From assembly GCA_965247095.1 (NCBI GenBank), contig OZ251997.1:160001-224000 (forward strand): a stretch of DNA of 64,000 nucleotides, read 5' to 3'. Position 1 is the stretch's first letter. Each line of letters begins with the position of its first letter. Shown one piece after another: positions 46,172-55,813 of the stretch. This DNA comes from Candidatus Multivorans sp. GTDB lineage: Bacteria; Acidobacteriota; Thermoanaerobaculia; Multivoradales; Multivoraceae. Below the pieces are notes generated by a model. That model was not told where the DNA came from. It saw only the letters and a list, made by a program, of their open reading frames with translations, and ran no database searches. Position numbers and translations under genes: made by a program.

Positions 46172-47704
46172 CTAGGTTTCTCCCCAGCGGTCCTTGACGG
46201 CGGCTCGGTCGACCTGGTCGCCGTCCGAGCGGGGCAGCTCGCTGGTGAAGATCACGTCGCGCGGCCGCTTGAACCGGGCGATGCTTGAGCCGACGTGCTC
46301 TCGCACGGCTTCCTGGTCGAGACCGGCCTCCGGATCCGCTTCGACGACGGCGCGGATCGCCTCGCCCCACCGGTCGTCGCTGACCCCGAAGACGCAGACG
46401 GCCCGCACCGCGTCCAGTTCCAGGATGGCCGCCTCGACCTCCGCCGGATAGACGTTCTCGCCGCCGGGCTTGATCAGCTCCTTCTCGGGCTTGCGGGCGA
46501 CGTAGAACAGGTTGCCCTCCTCGTCGAAGCGGCCGATGTCGCCGGTGTGGTGCCAGCCGCCACGGAAGGTGTGGGCGGTGACGTCGGGCTGGCCGTCGTA
46601 GCCCAGGAACACGAGCGGTCCGCGCACGACGATCTCGCCGTCCTCGCCGGCCGGCACCTCGCGTTCGTCGTCGTCGACCAGGCGCACGCTGCACAACTCG
46701 GCCGCCTTGCCGGCACAGCCGAGGCGCTCGCGGGCGTTCTGGATCGTCACGAAACCGCTCGTTTCGCACTGCCCGAAGCCGGCCCAGAAGGTGGCGTCGG
46801 TCTCGTTGTGAAGCCGCTCCATCGTCGCCGGCGAATCGAGGCCGGTGACGTGGCGCAGGCTGGGCAGCTTGCTGCCTGCTTCGGCGGCCGCGTCGAGCAG
46901 CGTGGCGAGCACCGGCGGGAAGTCGCTGATCATCGTGACCTGGTGGCGGTCGATCAGCTCGACCGCCTGCGCGGGGTCGTACTTCGCCGTGATCACGTTC
47001 GCGCCGCCGGCGTGCAGGACGCTCAGCAGGTGGCCGAGCGCGGCGATGTGAAAGAGCGGCAGCGCGACCAGGTTGCGGTCGGCGCCGTCGAGCCCCAGCG
47101 ACGCGATCTCCTGCAGGTTGGCCCAGACCAGGTTCGAGTGGCTGAGCAGGGCGCCGCGCGGGATGACGTCGACGGCGGCGGTCGCGATGACCGCGAACGG
47201 TTCGTCTGCCGCCACCTCGGGTCGCGGCAGATCCCGGGCCGCAGCGTCGTAGGCGTAGAGCGAATCGAGTGAGGCGTAGCCCGACGCGGGACCTTTGCCG
47301 AACTGAAGCCAATGCCGAATCGCGTCGTCTCCGGGTCCGGCCGGCACGGAGTCCAGGAAGTCGGCGCCGACCACGAAGGCGTTCGGCTTCGCCCGCTCGC
47401 GGATCAGCAGCTCGATCTCGCCCTTTTGGAGCCGCCAGTTGACCGGGTAGACCAGGATGCCCTGGCGGGCGCAGGCGAAGTAGAGCTCCACGTAGGCCGC
47501 CGAGTTCTGGGCCAGGACCGCCAGCCGGTCGCCGGTGGTCAGACCGAGACCGGCCAGGCCCGCGGCAAGGGCGTCGACGCGGCTGCGCAGCTCGGCGAAG
47601 CTCCGCTCTTCGCCGTCCTCGGTAACCAGGGCGAGCCGGTCGCCGAACGCCGTCGCGTTGCGGACCAGGACATCGTAGAGCGTGAAGTTCTGAACGCTGG
47701 ACAC
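46172..47704 (-). CDS. AMP-dependent acyl-CoA synthetase
   Basis: FGQCET, HTGD, GGENVYPAEVE motifs; atypical P-loop TAAVDVIPRG. Confidence 0.88.
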   Translation of the reverse strand: MSSVQNFTLYDVLVRNATAFGDRLALVTEDGEERSFAELRSRVDALAAGLAGLGLTTGDRLAVLAQNSAAYVELYFACARQGILVYPVNWRLQKGEIELLIRERAKPNAFVVGADFLDSVPAGPGDDAIRHWLQFGKGPASGYASLDSLYAYDAAARDLPRPEVAADEPFAVIATAAVDVIPRGALLSHSNLVWANLQEIASLGLDGADRNLVALPLFHIAALGHLLSVLHAGGANVITAKYDPAQAVELIDRHQVTMISDFPPVLATLLDAAAEAGSKLPSLRHVTGLDSPATMERLHNETDATFWAGFGQCETSGFVTIQNARERLGCAGKAAELCSVRLVDDDEREVPAGEDGEIVVRGPLVFLGYDGQPDVTAHTFRGGWHHTGDIGRFDEEGNLFYVARKPEKELIKPGGENVYPAEVEAAILELDAVRAVCVFGVSDDRWGEAIRAVVEADPEAGLDQEAVREHVGSSIARFKRPRDVIFTSELPRSDGDQVDRAAVKDRWGET

Positions 47705-47792
47705 GGTTGAGCAGGCTTCGCCGGGGATCGGACCGGCGGGCACTTTATCAACGCGAAGGGGCCGTTTGCCGATCCGTCGCTACACTCCGCCC

Positions 47793-48869
47793 ATGTCCGC
47801 ACGACAATGGAGTCGAATCGTCTTGCTCGCGCTGCTCTTGCCCCTGGCCGTGGCCACGCCCAGCCACGCCTGGAACGACTTCGGCCACGAACTGGTGGCC
47901 CGGATCGCCTGGCAGGTGCTCGAACCGGAGGTCCGAAACCGGGTCGTGGCCCTGCTCCGGCAGGCGCCGGCGGACAGCCGCATGCACTGCCTCGATCTCA
48001 CCCAGGATCGGCGGCGGGGGTGCGGACGCTTCGCCTACCGCCTGGATTCGGCCCGGACCACCGAGGACGGTGACCGCATCCTGTTCGAGCGCGCCGCCTA
48101 CTGGGCGGACCTCGCGCGCGAACTCGACAAGTACAACCGGCCGACCTGGCACTACATCGGCTGGACCTGGCGCCAGGGAACCGACGGATCGGCGCACGAC
48201 ACGGATTTGCCGGTGCCCGCACCGAACGTCGTCAGCCAGTTGCAGGAGTTGGCCCTGTCGGTCGCCGACACGTCCGGCAGGCCCGACAAGCGCGCGATCC
48301 ACCTGGCCTGGATCTTCCACCTGGCCGGCGACGTCCACCAACCGCTTCACGCCGCCTCGCGCGTCACCGACCGGCGGGACGAGCGCGAAGGCGACCGCGG
48401 CGGCAACGGCTTCGGCCTCGACGAAGGGAACCGCAACCTCCACGCCTTCTGGGACGGCGCTCTGGACGGGCAGGCCTGGGCCGAGCATCGGCGGCGTCTG
48501 GCCACCGAGCTCACCCGCGAATCCGGCCAACGGCCTACCCCGGAGCAGCTATGGGCAGCCCTCGGCGAAGTCCGCGACCGCGACTTCGAAGGTCTCAAGG
48601 ACCGCATCGCCGCCCTGGCCCGCTCACGCCACCCCCTCGACGACGCCACCCGCGCCGAACTCAAGTCCGGCGACTTCGAAGCCTGGGCCCAGGAGTCCAA
48701 CCAGATCGTCCGCACCGCTCTCTATCCCGCCAATCTCGTCCGCGGCGAGACACCCCCGGACCACTACGGCGACCAGGCCTTTGACATCGCCCTCCAGCGG
48801 GCAGCCTTGGCCGGCTACCGCCTCGCCGACCTGCTGCGACGAATGCTCGGAGAGGGCGAAGCTCCCTAA
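47793..48869 (+). CDS. Secreted S1/P1 nuclease
   Basis: Mature N-terminus WNDFGH, WAD, WHY, HLAGDVHQPLH, GGN and NLHAFWD motifs. Confidence 0.92.
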   Translation: MSARQWSRIVLLALLLPLAVATPSHAWNDFGHELVARIAWQVLEPEVRNRVVALLRQAPADSRMHCLDLTQDRRRGCGRFAYRLDSARTTEDGDRILFERAAYWADLARELDKYNRPTWHYIGWTWRQGTDGSAHDTDLPVPAPNVVSQLQELALSVADTSGRPDKRAIHLAWIFHLAGDVHQPLHAASRVTDRRDEREGDRGGNGFGLDEGNRNLHAFWDGALDGQAWAEHRRRLATELTRESGQRPTPEQLWAALGEVRDRDFEGLKDRIAALARSRHPLDDATRAELKSGDFEAWAQESNQIVRTALYPANLVRGETPPDHYGDQAFDIALQRAALAGYRLADLLRRMLGEGEAP

Positions 48870-48887
48870 GGGCCGATAGGGCCGTCG

Positions 48888-49847
48888 CTACGCCGCCGGC
48901 AGGCGGTTCAGGAACCGGCGAATCGACCGGACGAGCTCGTCCGGGACGTCGTAGTGGACCATGTGGCCGGCTTCGGCGATCTCTTCGTGTTCGCCGCGGC
49001 GGAAGAGGGCAACGCGGCGGGTGATTTCGTCGGGTTCAGGGGTGGCGTGTTGTTCGTCGACGCCGCGGCGGCCGCTCCAGAACTCGTCTGCGAGGGCGGC
49101 GGTGAGGATAAGGGCTGGGCAGGTGACCCAGCTCCAACGTTCCTCGGAGGCCTCCGGCACGTTCGACATCCAGGTCGTCACCACCTGGGGATCCCACTTC
49201 CACTCCAGCCCGCCAGAGGCCAGGGGGCGCGTGCCCTGCTCGGCGAACTTGCGGGCGCGGACAGGGTCGAGCCGGGTATGGACGCGCTGGAGCAGATCCC
49301 AGGCGTGGTCGAAGGACGCGACGAGCCGGTGCGCTCGCGGGTACGTCAGCGACTCGACCGCCATCCTGGCCCGTTTCTGCTTGACCTCTTCGGGGAAGCG
49401 GTTCATCGCATAGGGCGGCCCCAGGCCCTCGATCAGGACGATGGCGTGCGGCAGCTCGGCGAAGATGCCCGCCCACTGGGCGACGACCTGGCCTCCGAGG
49501 CTGTGCCCGATCACGATCGGCCGCTCGAGGCCGCAGTCGGCGAACACCGCGTGCAGGTCGGCGATGTGGTGGGCCATCGTGTAGATGCCCGGATGCGCGC
49601 TGTCGCCGTGGCCGCGCAGGTCGTACGCGATGACCCGGTGGTCGACCGCGAGCGCTTCCGCGACCGGCGAAAGCGTCAGGGCGAAGTCCTGGATTCCGTG
49701 GGCGAGGAGGATCGGCGGCTGGCTTCGGTCCCCCCACTCGTAGATCTGGAGTTCGGTGCCGCTGGCTTCGATGCGGCGCCGGATCCGCGCCGCGGTCTCG
49801 AGGACGGCGGGCACGAGGGACTCGGGAGAGGACGTGGTGGAAGTCAT
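48888..49847 (-). CDS. Alpha/beta hydrolase
   Basis: DLRGHGDS, GHSLGG and AGHMVH motifs. Confidence 0.9.
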   Translation of the reverse strand: MTSTTSSPESLVPAVLETAARIRRRIEASGTELQIYEWGDRSQPPILLAHGIQDFALTLSPVAEALAVDHRVIAYDLRGHGDSAHPGIYTMAHHIADLHAVFADCGLERPIVIGHSLGGQVVAQWAGIFAELPHAIVLIEGLGPPYAMNRFPEEVKQKRARMAVESLTYPRAHRLVASFDHAWDLLQRVHTRLDPVRARKFAEQGTRPLASGGLEWKWDPQVVTTWMSNVPEASEERWSWVTCPALILTAALADEFWSGRRGVDEQHATPEPDEITRRVALFRRGEHEEIAEAGHMVHYDVPDELVRSIRRFLNRLPAA

Positions 49848-52800
49848 CGGGGGTCGAGGACAACGAAGCCGGCGTCGGCGAGCGTCTGGTTCAGGTCCGC
49901 CAGCGGGCCGGCAAGCGTAGCCTCGAAAAGGTCTTCCTGCTCGGCGAGTTGGGATTCGAGTCGTCGCCAGACCGCGACCTGCTGGTCGGTCGGCCGCGCG
50001 TCGGCCTGACCGACCGAGCGTGCGAGGTAGGTGAGCCGCGCGTAGAGCCGGCGCTCCCAGCGGAGCGAGTCCTGGCCGGTGCCGGTGAGCCGCAGGTCGA
50101 AGAAGGCGCCCTCGATCTGCCGTAACTCGTCGTCGAGCGCCGTCGCCTGCTCCGCGGCGGCCCCGTGCGCGTCGTCGTCCTCGAGGCGTTCCTGCAGAGC
50201 CGGCAACTGGGCCCGCAGGTCCTCGGCGCCGTTCAGGATCGAGGCGGCCCGCTCGATTGCGTCGCGGATCACGAAGAGCAGTTCGTTCTGCGCGGCCAGG
50301 TCGTCCGCGGATGCAGTGGAATCGGGGTCGAGCAGTACCTCGAACTCCGCCGTCGACAGGGCTTCGCTCTCTTCGCCGGCGTCTCCCGGCAGGGAGAGTT
50401 CGAGCCGGTAGACACCCGGCGCCGCGAGCAGGGAGAGCCGGTCGCCGTCGCGCAGTGGCCGCCAGCCCTCCGCCGGCATCTTCCAGTCGGGTCGCTCGTC
50501 CGGCTTCGTACGCAGGCGGACTTCGGTGGTCGGATCGTGGCGGAGATCCCAGCTCACACGGTGGAGGCCGGGCGCCGCCGGCAGGTCGTCGAGCGTGCGG
50601 ACAAGTTCTTCTTGTTCGTTGAAGATTCGTATCTGGCCGCGAGCATCGGCGGACCGGCGCTCCGCGCCGGATGCGGGCGAGACGCCCGCGTTCCCAGGGT
50701 CCGGAATCCAGTAGTGGAGCGGTGGCCCGTAGGGTGAGTTCGTGCCGGTCGCCGGCACGTCGGGTTGGGCCATCGGAGCGCCGCGCGTGCGGAAGCGGTA
50801 GGTGACGCGGGGCGGCAGCAGCTCGGGGCCGTCCGTGGACAGGCCGCGGGCGATCGCGCGCAGCGGTGTCGCATCGTCCAGGATCCAGATGCCGCGGCCG
50901 TAGGTCGCGACCACGAGGTCGTCGAAGTGCTCCTGGATTTCGATCCAGTGCACCGGCGCCGGCGGCAGGTTCGCGCCGCCGTCGCTGCGGCGGGAAAGCC
51001 GCTGCCACGCGGCGCCGTCGTCGAAGGAGACCCAGAGCGCGTTCTCGGCGCCCAGGAACAGGAGCCCGGGTTGCTCCGGGTCCTCACGGATGCAGTGGAC
51101 GTTGCCGAGCGGGCCGCGGGGCAGATCGGCGGCGAGGTCCGTCCAGGTCTCGCCGTAGTCGTTGGTGCGGAAGACGTAGGGGTTCGTGTCGCCCTCCTGG
51201 CGCCGGTCGATCGCGACGTAGGCCGTGCCGGCGTCGAAGTGCGAGGGGTCGATGTTGCGCACCGTGCCCAGGGGCGGCAGGTCCGGGAGGTTCGCGGTCA
51301 CGTTGGTCCAGGTCTCGCCGCCGTCGCGGGTCAACTGGACCTGGCCGTCGTTCGTGCCCGCCCAGATCAAGCCGGGTTCGACGGGGCTCTCGGCGATCGC
51401 GAACACCACCGGCGCGATGGTCGGGCCTGCGTCGTCGAGGGTCAGGCCGCCGGTGCGGCGCATCAGGGCGGGGTCGGTGGTGGTCAGGTCCGGCGAGATG
51501 CGCTTCCAGCTCTGGCCCCGGTCGCGGCTGCGGTGAACGTACTGGCTGCCGGCGTAGACCGCGGCTTCGTCGTGCGGCGAGGTGGCGAAGGGCGCCGTCC
51601 ACTGGAAACGGTATTCGAGGGCCGAGGCGGGGGAGCTCTCGATCGCCAGGGGCCAGACGCTGACGTCCCGGGCCTGACCCGAGCGCAGGTCGTAGAGCTC
51701 GAGCCGGCCGTCGTAGCAGCCGGTCCAGACCAGGTCCGGATCGGCGCGGTCGACCATCGAGAAGCCGACCTCGCAGCCGCCGACGGAGTGCCACTCGCCG
51801 ACCGGAATACCCTGTGTGCGTCCGCCGTAGAGCACGCGGCTCGGCCCGCGCATGGAGGGCCCGTCCTGGCGGTTGCTGTAGACGAAGTAGGGCACGCGGT
51901 CGTCGGTCGAGACGTGGTACATCTGGGCGATCGGCAACTGCGGGCGGGACCAGGAATGGCCGCGGTCGGACGTGATGCTGACGCCGCCGTCGTGGCCGAC
52001 GATCCGGCGGTCCGGGTCGAGGGGGTCGATCCAGATGTCGTGATGGTCCCAGCCGGCCTGGTCGAAGCCTTCGCTCTCCACCGTGCTGCCGCCGTCGAGC
52101 GACACGGACAGGCGGGTGGCGACGAAGGTGAGTTCGTCCGCGCGGTCGGGCGCGGCGGCCATGCGGGTGTAGTAGAGGGGCCGGGTGATCAGGTCCAGGT
52201 TGCGGCTGACGAGACGCCACGAGTCGCCGCGATCGTCGGAGCGCCAGAGGACGCCGGCGAACGGATCGGAGGGGGCGAAGTCGCGGTTCGAACTCGTCTC
52301 GATCAGGGCGTAGAGCCGGTCCGGATCGTCGGCCGACACCGCGAGCCCGATCTTGCCCAGGGGCGGCGCCGGCAGGCCGGCGCCTTCGAGGGGCGCCCAG
52401 GTCGCGCCGCCGTCGCGGGAACGGTGGAGGCCGCTGCCCGGGCCGCCGCTGGTGCGGCCGGAGGTGCGGATCTCGATCTGCCAGGCCGCGGCGTAGACGG
52501 TCCGCGGGTTATCCGGGGCGAAGGCGAGGTCGATGGCGCCGGTGTTCGCGTCGATGAACAGGACGTGATCCCAGGTCGCGCCGCCGTCCGTGGTGCGAAA
52601 GACGCCGCGCCCCGCCTCGTCGCGTTCCTGTGGCCCATAGGCATGGCCGAGCGCCGCGATCAGGGCGGTGTCGGGGTCGTCGGGATGCACGACGATGCGG
52701 CCGATGCGGCCGGTCTGGTCCAGCCCGAGGTGTTCGAAGCTGTCGCCGCGGTCCGTGGAGCGGTAGACGCCGTTGCCGATCGAGATGTTGCTGCGGATGA

Positions 52801-53131
52801 AGCTCTCGCCGGTGCCGACCCAGATCACGTTCGGGTCGGAGGGGGCGACCGCGATCGAGCCGATCGAAGCGGCTTCCTGGCGGTCGAAGATCGGCGCCCA
52901 TGAGGCGCCGCCGTTGTGGGTTCGCCAAAGCCCGCCGGAGGCGGCGCCGGCGTAGTACACGCCTTCGTCTCCGGGCACTCCGGCGACGGCCGAGACCCGG
53001 TTGCCGATGGGGCCGATGTGGCGGAAGGCGAACGGATCGAGAAGCTGCGCTGTGAGGTCGGCCGTCTGCTGCGCGGCGGCGGCGCTGCAGAGCAGGAGGG
53101 CGAGTACCGTGCCCAGCGGCGCCTTCGCCAC
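49844..53131 (-). CDS. Secreted VPS10/BNR beta-propeller protein (GH74-like)
   Basis: Many SxDxGxxW Asp-box repeats; signal peptide; start uncertain (53131 or 53161). Confidence 0.85.
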   Translation of the reverse strand: MAKAPLGTVLALLLCSAAAAQQTADLTAQLLDPFAFRHIGPIGNRVSAVAGVPGDEGVYYAGAASGGLWRTHNGGASWAPIFDRQEAASIGSIAVAPSDPNVIWVGTGESFIRSNISIGNGVYRSTDRGDSFEHLGLDQTGRIGRIVVHPDDPDTALIAALGHAYGPQERDEAGRGVFRTTDGGATWDHVLFIDANTGAIDLAFAPDNPRTVYAAAWQIEIRTSGRTSGGPGSGLHRSRDGGATWAPLEGAGLPAPPLGKIGLAVSADDPDRLYALIETSSNRDFAPSDPFAGVLWRSDDRGDSWRLVSRNLDLITRPLYYTRMAAAPDRADELTFVATRLSVSLDGGSTVESEGFDQAGWDHHDIWIDPLDPDRRIVGHDGGVSITSDRGHSWSRPQLPIAQMYHVSTDDRVPYFVYSNRQDGPSMRGPSRVLYGGRTQGIPVGEWHSVGGCEVGFSMVDRADPDLVWTGCYDGRLELYDLRSGQARDVSVWPLAIESSPASALEYRFQWTAPFATSPHDEAAVYAGSQYVHRSRDRGQSWKRISPDLTTTDPALMRRTGGLTLDDAGPTIAPVVFAIAESPVEPGLIWAGTNDGQVQLTRDGGETWTNVTANLPDLPPLGTVRNIDPSHFDAGTAYVAIDRRQEGDTNPYVFRTNDYGETWTDLAADLPRGPLGNVHCIREDPEQPGLLFLGAENALWVSFDDGAAWQRLSRRSDGGANLPPAPVHWIEIQEHFDDLVVATYGRGIWILDDATPLRAIARGLSTDGPELLPPRVTYRFRTRGAPMAQPDVPATGTNSPYGPPLHYWIPDPGNAGVSPASGAERRSADARGQIRIFNEQEELVRTLDDLPAAPGLHRVSWDLRHDPTTEVRLRTKPDERPDWKMPAEGWRPLRDGDRLSLLAAPGVYRLELSLPGDAGEESEALSTAEFEVLLDPDSTASADDLAAQNELLFVIRDAIERAASILNGAEDLRAQLPALQERLEDDDAHGAAAEQATALDDELRQIEGAFFDLRLTGTGQDSLRWERRLYARLTYLARSVGQADARPTDQQVAVWRRLESQLAEQEDLFEATLAGPLADLNQTLADAGFVVLDPR

Positions 53132-53204
53132 GACGGGCGGCGCTAGTAGCTTGCGCGGCAAGAGACCACGAAGAGTTGAATTCCCTTCTACGGCGCAAGC
53201 TACC

Positions 53205-54233
53205 TTAGTAACCCGCCTGCTTGTCGACCACGTTGCGCAGCGGTCTGCCGGTCGCGAAGCGAGTGATGTTGTCGCGCAGCAACTGCGTCCGCCGCTCTTC
53301 GAGCCGGTCGGAGATCGTTGCCAGGTGGGGCGTGATCGTCACGTTCGACATGGTCCAGAGCGGGTGGTCGGAGGGCAGCGGCTCGGGATCGGTCACGTCG
53401 AGGCCGGCGGCGCGGACCTTGCCGCTACGAAGCGCCGCGACCAGGGCGTCCGTGTCGACGATCTTTCCGCGCGAGATGTTGATGAAGTAGACGTCCTGCT
53501 TCATCAACTCGAACTGGCGGGCGCCGATCAGGCCCTCGGTGGCGGGCGTGTGGGGCACGGAGGAGAAGACGACGTCGGCCCTGGGCAGCAGATCGTCGAG
53601 CTCGTCCGGCTTGCCGACGTACAAGACATCGCGGTGGATCGGGATGTCCTTCGGATCGACGCCGATCACGGTCATGCCGAAAGCCGCGGCGCGTTGGGCG
53701 ATCTGCGTGCCGATGCCGCCGAGGCCGATGACGAGCGCCGTCTTGCCCCTGAGCTCGATCATCGGCAGCTCGCGGTTCGTGTTCCAGCCCTCGGGCATCT
53801 GGGCGTTGAAGGCCTTGATGTTGCGCGTGAAGTTCAGGAGCAGGGCGAAGGCGTGATCGGCGATCTCGGGCCCCTGGATGATCTTCGCGTTGGTCAGCAC
53901 GATGTCGCTGTCGCGCAGGTCGGGGATCTCAAGGAAGCCCTCGACACCGGCCGAGTTGCTCTGGATCCAGCGCAGCTTGCTGTCGGCGACCAGGAAGTTC
54001 TCGATGCCGCGGTAACCGGCAATCAGGCCGTCGCAGTCGCTCGGGTCGAGATCCTCGCTGACGCCGGCCAGTCGGAGATTCTCGTGCTCGTCTTCCAGGT
54101 CCGCCAGGGCGTCCAGGACGAACGGCGGCGCGCAGATCGTGACCGTCTGGGCGGCGACCGGAGCGGCCAGCAGGGCGAGAAGCAGATGGGTGAGCAGGAC
54201 CAGCGCGAGACCCGTTGCACGGCGGTTCAACAT
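53205..54233 (-). CDS. D-2-hydroxyacid dehydrogenase with an N-terminal signal peptide
   Basis: GLGGIG, NISRG, LDVTDPEPL and ITPH motifs; leader MLNRRATG-hydrophobic-VAAQ. Confidence 0.88.
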   Translation of the reverse strand: MLNRRATGLALVLLTHLLLALLAAPVAAQTVTICAPPFVLDALADLEDEHENLRLAGVSEDLDPSDCDGLIAGYRGIENFLVADSKLRWIQSNSAGVEGFLEIPDLRDSDIVLTNAKIIQGPEIADHAFALLLNFTRNIKAFNAQMPEGWNTNRELPMIELRGKTALVIGLGGIGTQIAQRAAAFGMTVIGVDPKDIPIHRDVLYVGKPDELDDLLPRADVVFSSVPHTPATEGLIGARQFELMKQDVYFINISRGKIVDTDALVAALRSGKVRAAGLDVTDPEPLPSDHPLWTMSNVTITPHLATISDRLEERRTQLLRDNITRFATGRPLRNVVDKQAGY

Positions 54234-54452
54234 GGGCGGTGCCTCCCTTGAGGGGTAGTGCTGTCGCGTCCCTCGGACGCTTGAAATGAGGGTTGCTGAG
54301 AGTAGCACCGGCAATGGCGCCGGCGGCCGGATCGGCAAGTTCCGTGGCCTGCGCCGTGGTGCTACGATGCCGCGGCGCCGGCCGGTCGCGGCCGCAGGTC
54401 GGCCGTCGCGGCAAGCCTTTTCGCCTTTGGATCAGACAAGGAAGCAAGCCAG

Positions 54453-55016
54453 ATGAGCAGTAGTTCGCTCCGTGAACGCGGACAGTCGTTGGAAGAGGCC
54501 TTCTTCAGCAACATGGACCGCAAGCTGATCGAGGATCTGCGCGTGCAGAAGGAGCGCGAGCAGCAGATCGACGAGTTGGCGGCGGCTTCAGGGATCGACC
54601 ATCGGGAAGTGCTCGGCGCGCTTCTTGACGCGGGGGTGCACAGCGAAGTGCTGGTTGCCGTGGGGTTGGCGCCCTTGATCGAGGTGGCGTGGGCCGACAA
54701 TGCGATGGACGCCGGCGAACGCGACGCCATCCTCCGCGCCGCGAAGGAAGCCGGGGTGACCGAGGGGTCGGCTGCCGCCGGACTGCTCTCTGCGTGGCTC
54801 GAGCAGCGCCCCGGCGTCGAGCTGCTCGAGGCCTGGAAGGGCTACGCCGGCGCTCTCGTCGCCGAACTCAGCGAGTCGGACGCCGAAGCCGTGCGGGGCG
54901 ACATCCTCGGCCGGGCGCAGAAGGTCGCCGAAGCCGCCGGCGGCTTCCTGGGGCTCGGCGCGGTGTCGAAGGACGAGCAGCGCATGCTCGATGTACTCGC
55001 CGCCGCGCTGCGCTAG
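54453..55016 (+). CDS. TerB-like helical protein
   Basis: LEEAFF, EVAWAD..ERDAIL and VAEAAGGFLGLG motifs. Confidence 0.7.
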   Translation: MSSSSLRERGQSLEEAFFSNMDRKLIEDLRVQKEREQQIDELAAASGIDHREVLGALLDAGVHSEVLVAVGLAPLIEVAWADNAMDAGERDAILRAAKEAGVTEGSAAAGLLSAWLEQRPGVELLEAWKGYAGALVAELSESDAEAVRGDILGRAQKVAEAAGGFLGLGAVSKDEQRMLDVLAAALR

Positions 55017-55185
55017 GAGCTTGCGCGGTAGAACGACCGGAGGCCGGCGCTTCGCGCCGGATGCGGGCAGGATGCCCGCGTGCCATCCGTGCGCCCGATG
55101 ACGGGCGCACGGAGTGGTTCGCGTGTGGCGCGGGTCGCGCCACACGGGTTCCCAGGTCAGATCGTTCTACCGCGCAAGCCCCTAG
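55013..55185. mobile_element. MITE-like element with terminal IRs, CTAG flanks and a nested REP composite
   Basis: CTAG-GAGCTTGCGCGGTAGAACGA ... TCGTTCTACCGCGCAAGCCC-CTAG. Confidence 0.7.
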
Positions 55186-55190
55186 CGTCG

Positions 55191-55496
55191 CTACCAGCTC
55201 GCCTTGATGACGCCGGGAAGCTCGCCGCGCAGGGCGAGATCCCGCAGCGCGATACGCGACAGGCCGAACTTGCGGTAGTAGCCCCGCGGGCGACCGGTGA
55301 CGACACAGCGGTTGCGTATCCGGACCGGGCTCGAGTCGCGCGGCAGCTTGTTCAGCAGGAGCTGCGCCTCGAAGCGCTGTTCGGGGGGCAGGCGCTGATC
55401 CCTGACCAGGGAGCGCAACTCGGTCCGGCGCTCCCGGTACCTCTCGACGATCTTCTTGCGGCGCTCGTTCTTGGCGACCGATGCCTTCGTGGCCAT
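55191..55496 (-). CDS. rpsN: 30S ribosomal protein S14, long Zn-independent form
   Basis: 101 aa; [42 protein letters not shown]. Confidence 0.96.
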   Translation of the reverse strand: MATKASVAKNERRKKIVERYRERRTELRSLVRDQRLPPEQRFEAQLLLNKLPRDSSPVRIRNRCVVTGRPRGYYRKFGLSRIALRDLALRGELPGVIKASW

Positions 55497-55813
55497 ATCT
55501 TCCGTCTTCCTTCGCGTTGCGGATGCTGGCGGTCTTTGTGCGCCGGCCGCGGTCGTCCGGGGCGCGGGAAGCGCGTACCCTAGCAGGTTTCGGCTCGGAG
55601 CGTCTCAGAGGGAGCGACCAACGCGAACAAGAAGAGCGCCGTGTCCGCTGTTGGAAGGGTGGGCGCCGCCGTTCGGCGTGCAAATATTTGTTCAGGTTCG
55701 CTAACAAAAGGCCCTTGACTCCTCAAGAGGGACTAGGAGAACGTGTCGCTATCCTAGCTAGTACCGACTGAGGCAGAGCAGGCATCCCATAGGCGCGACA
55801 GGAGGGATCGGGC

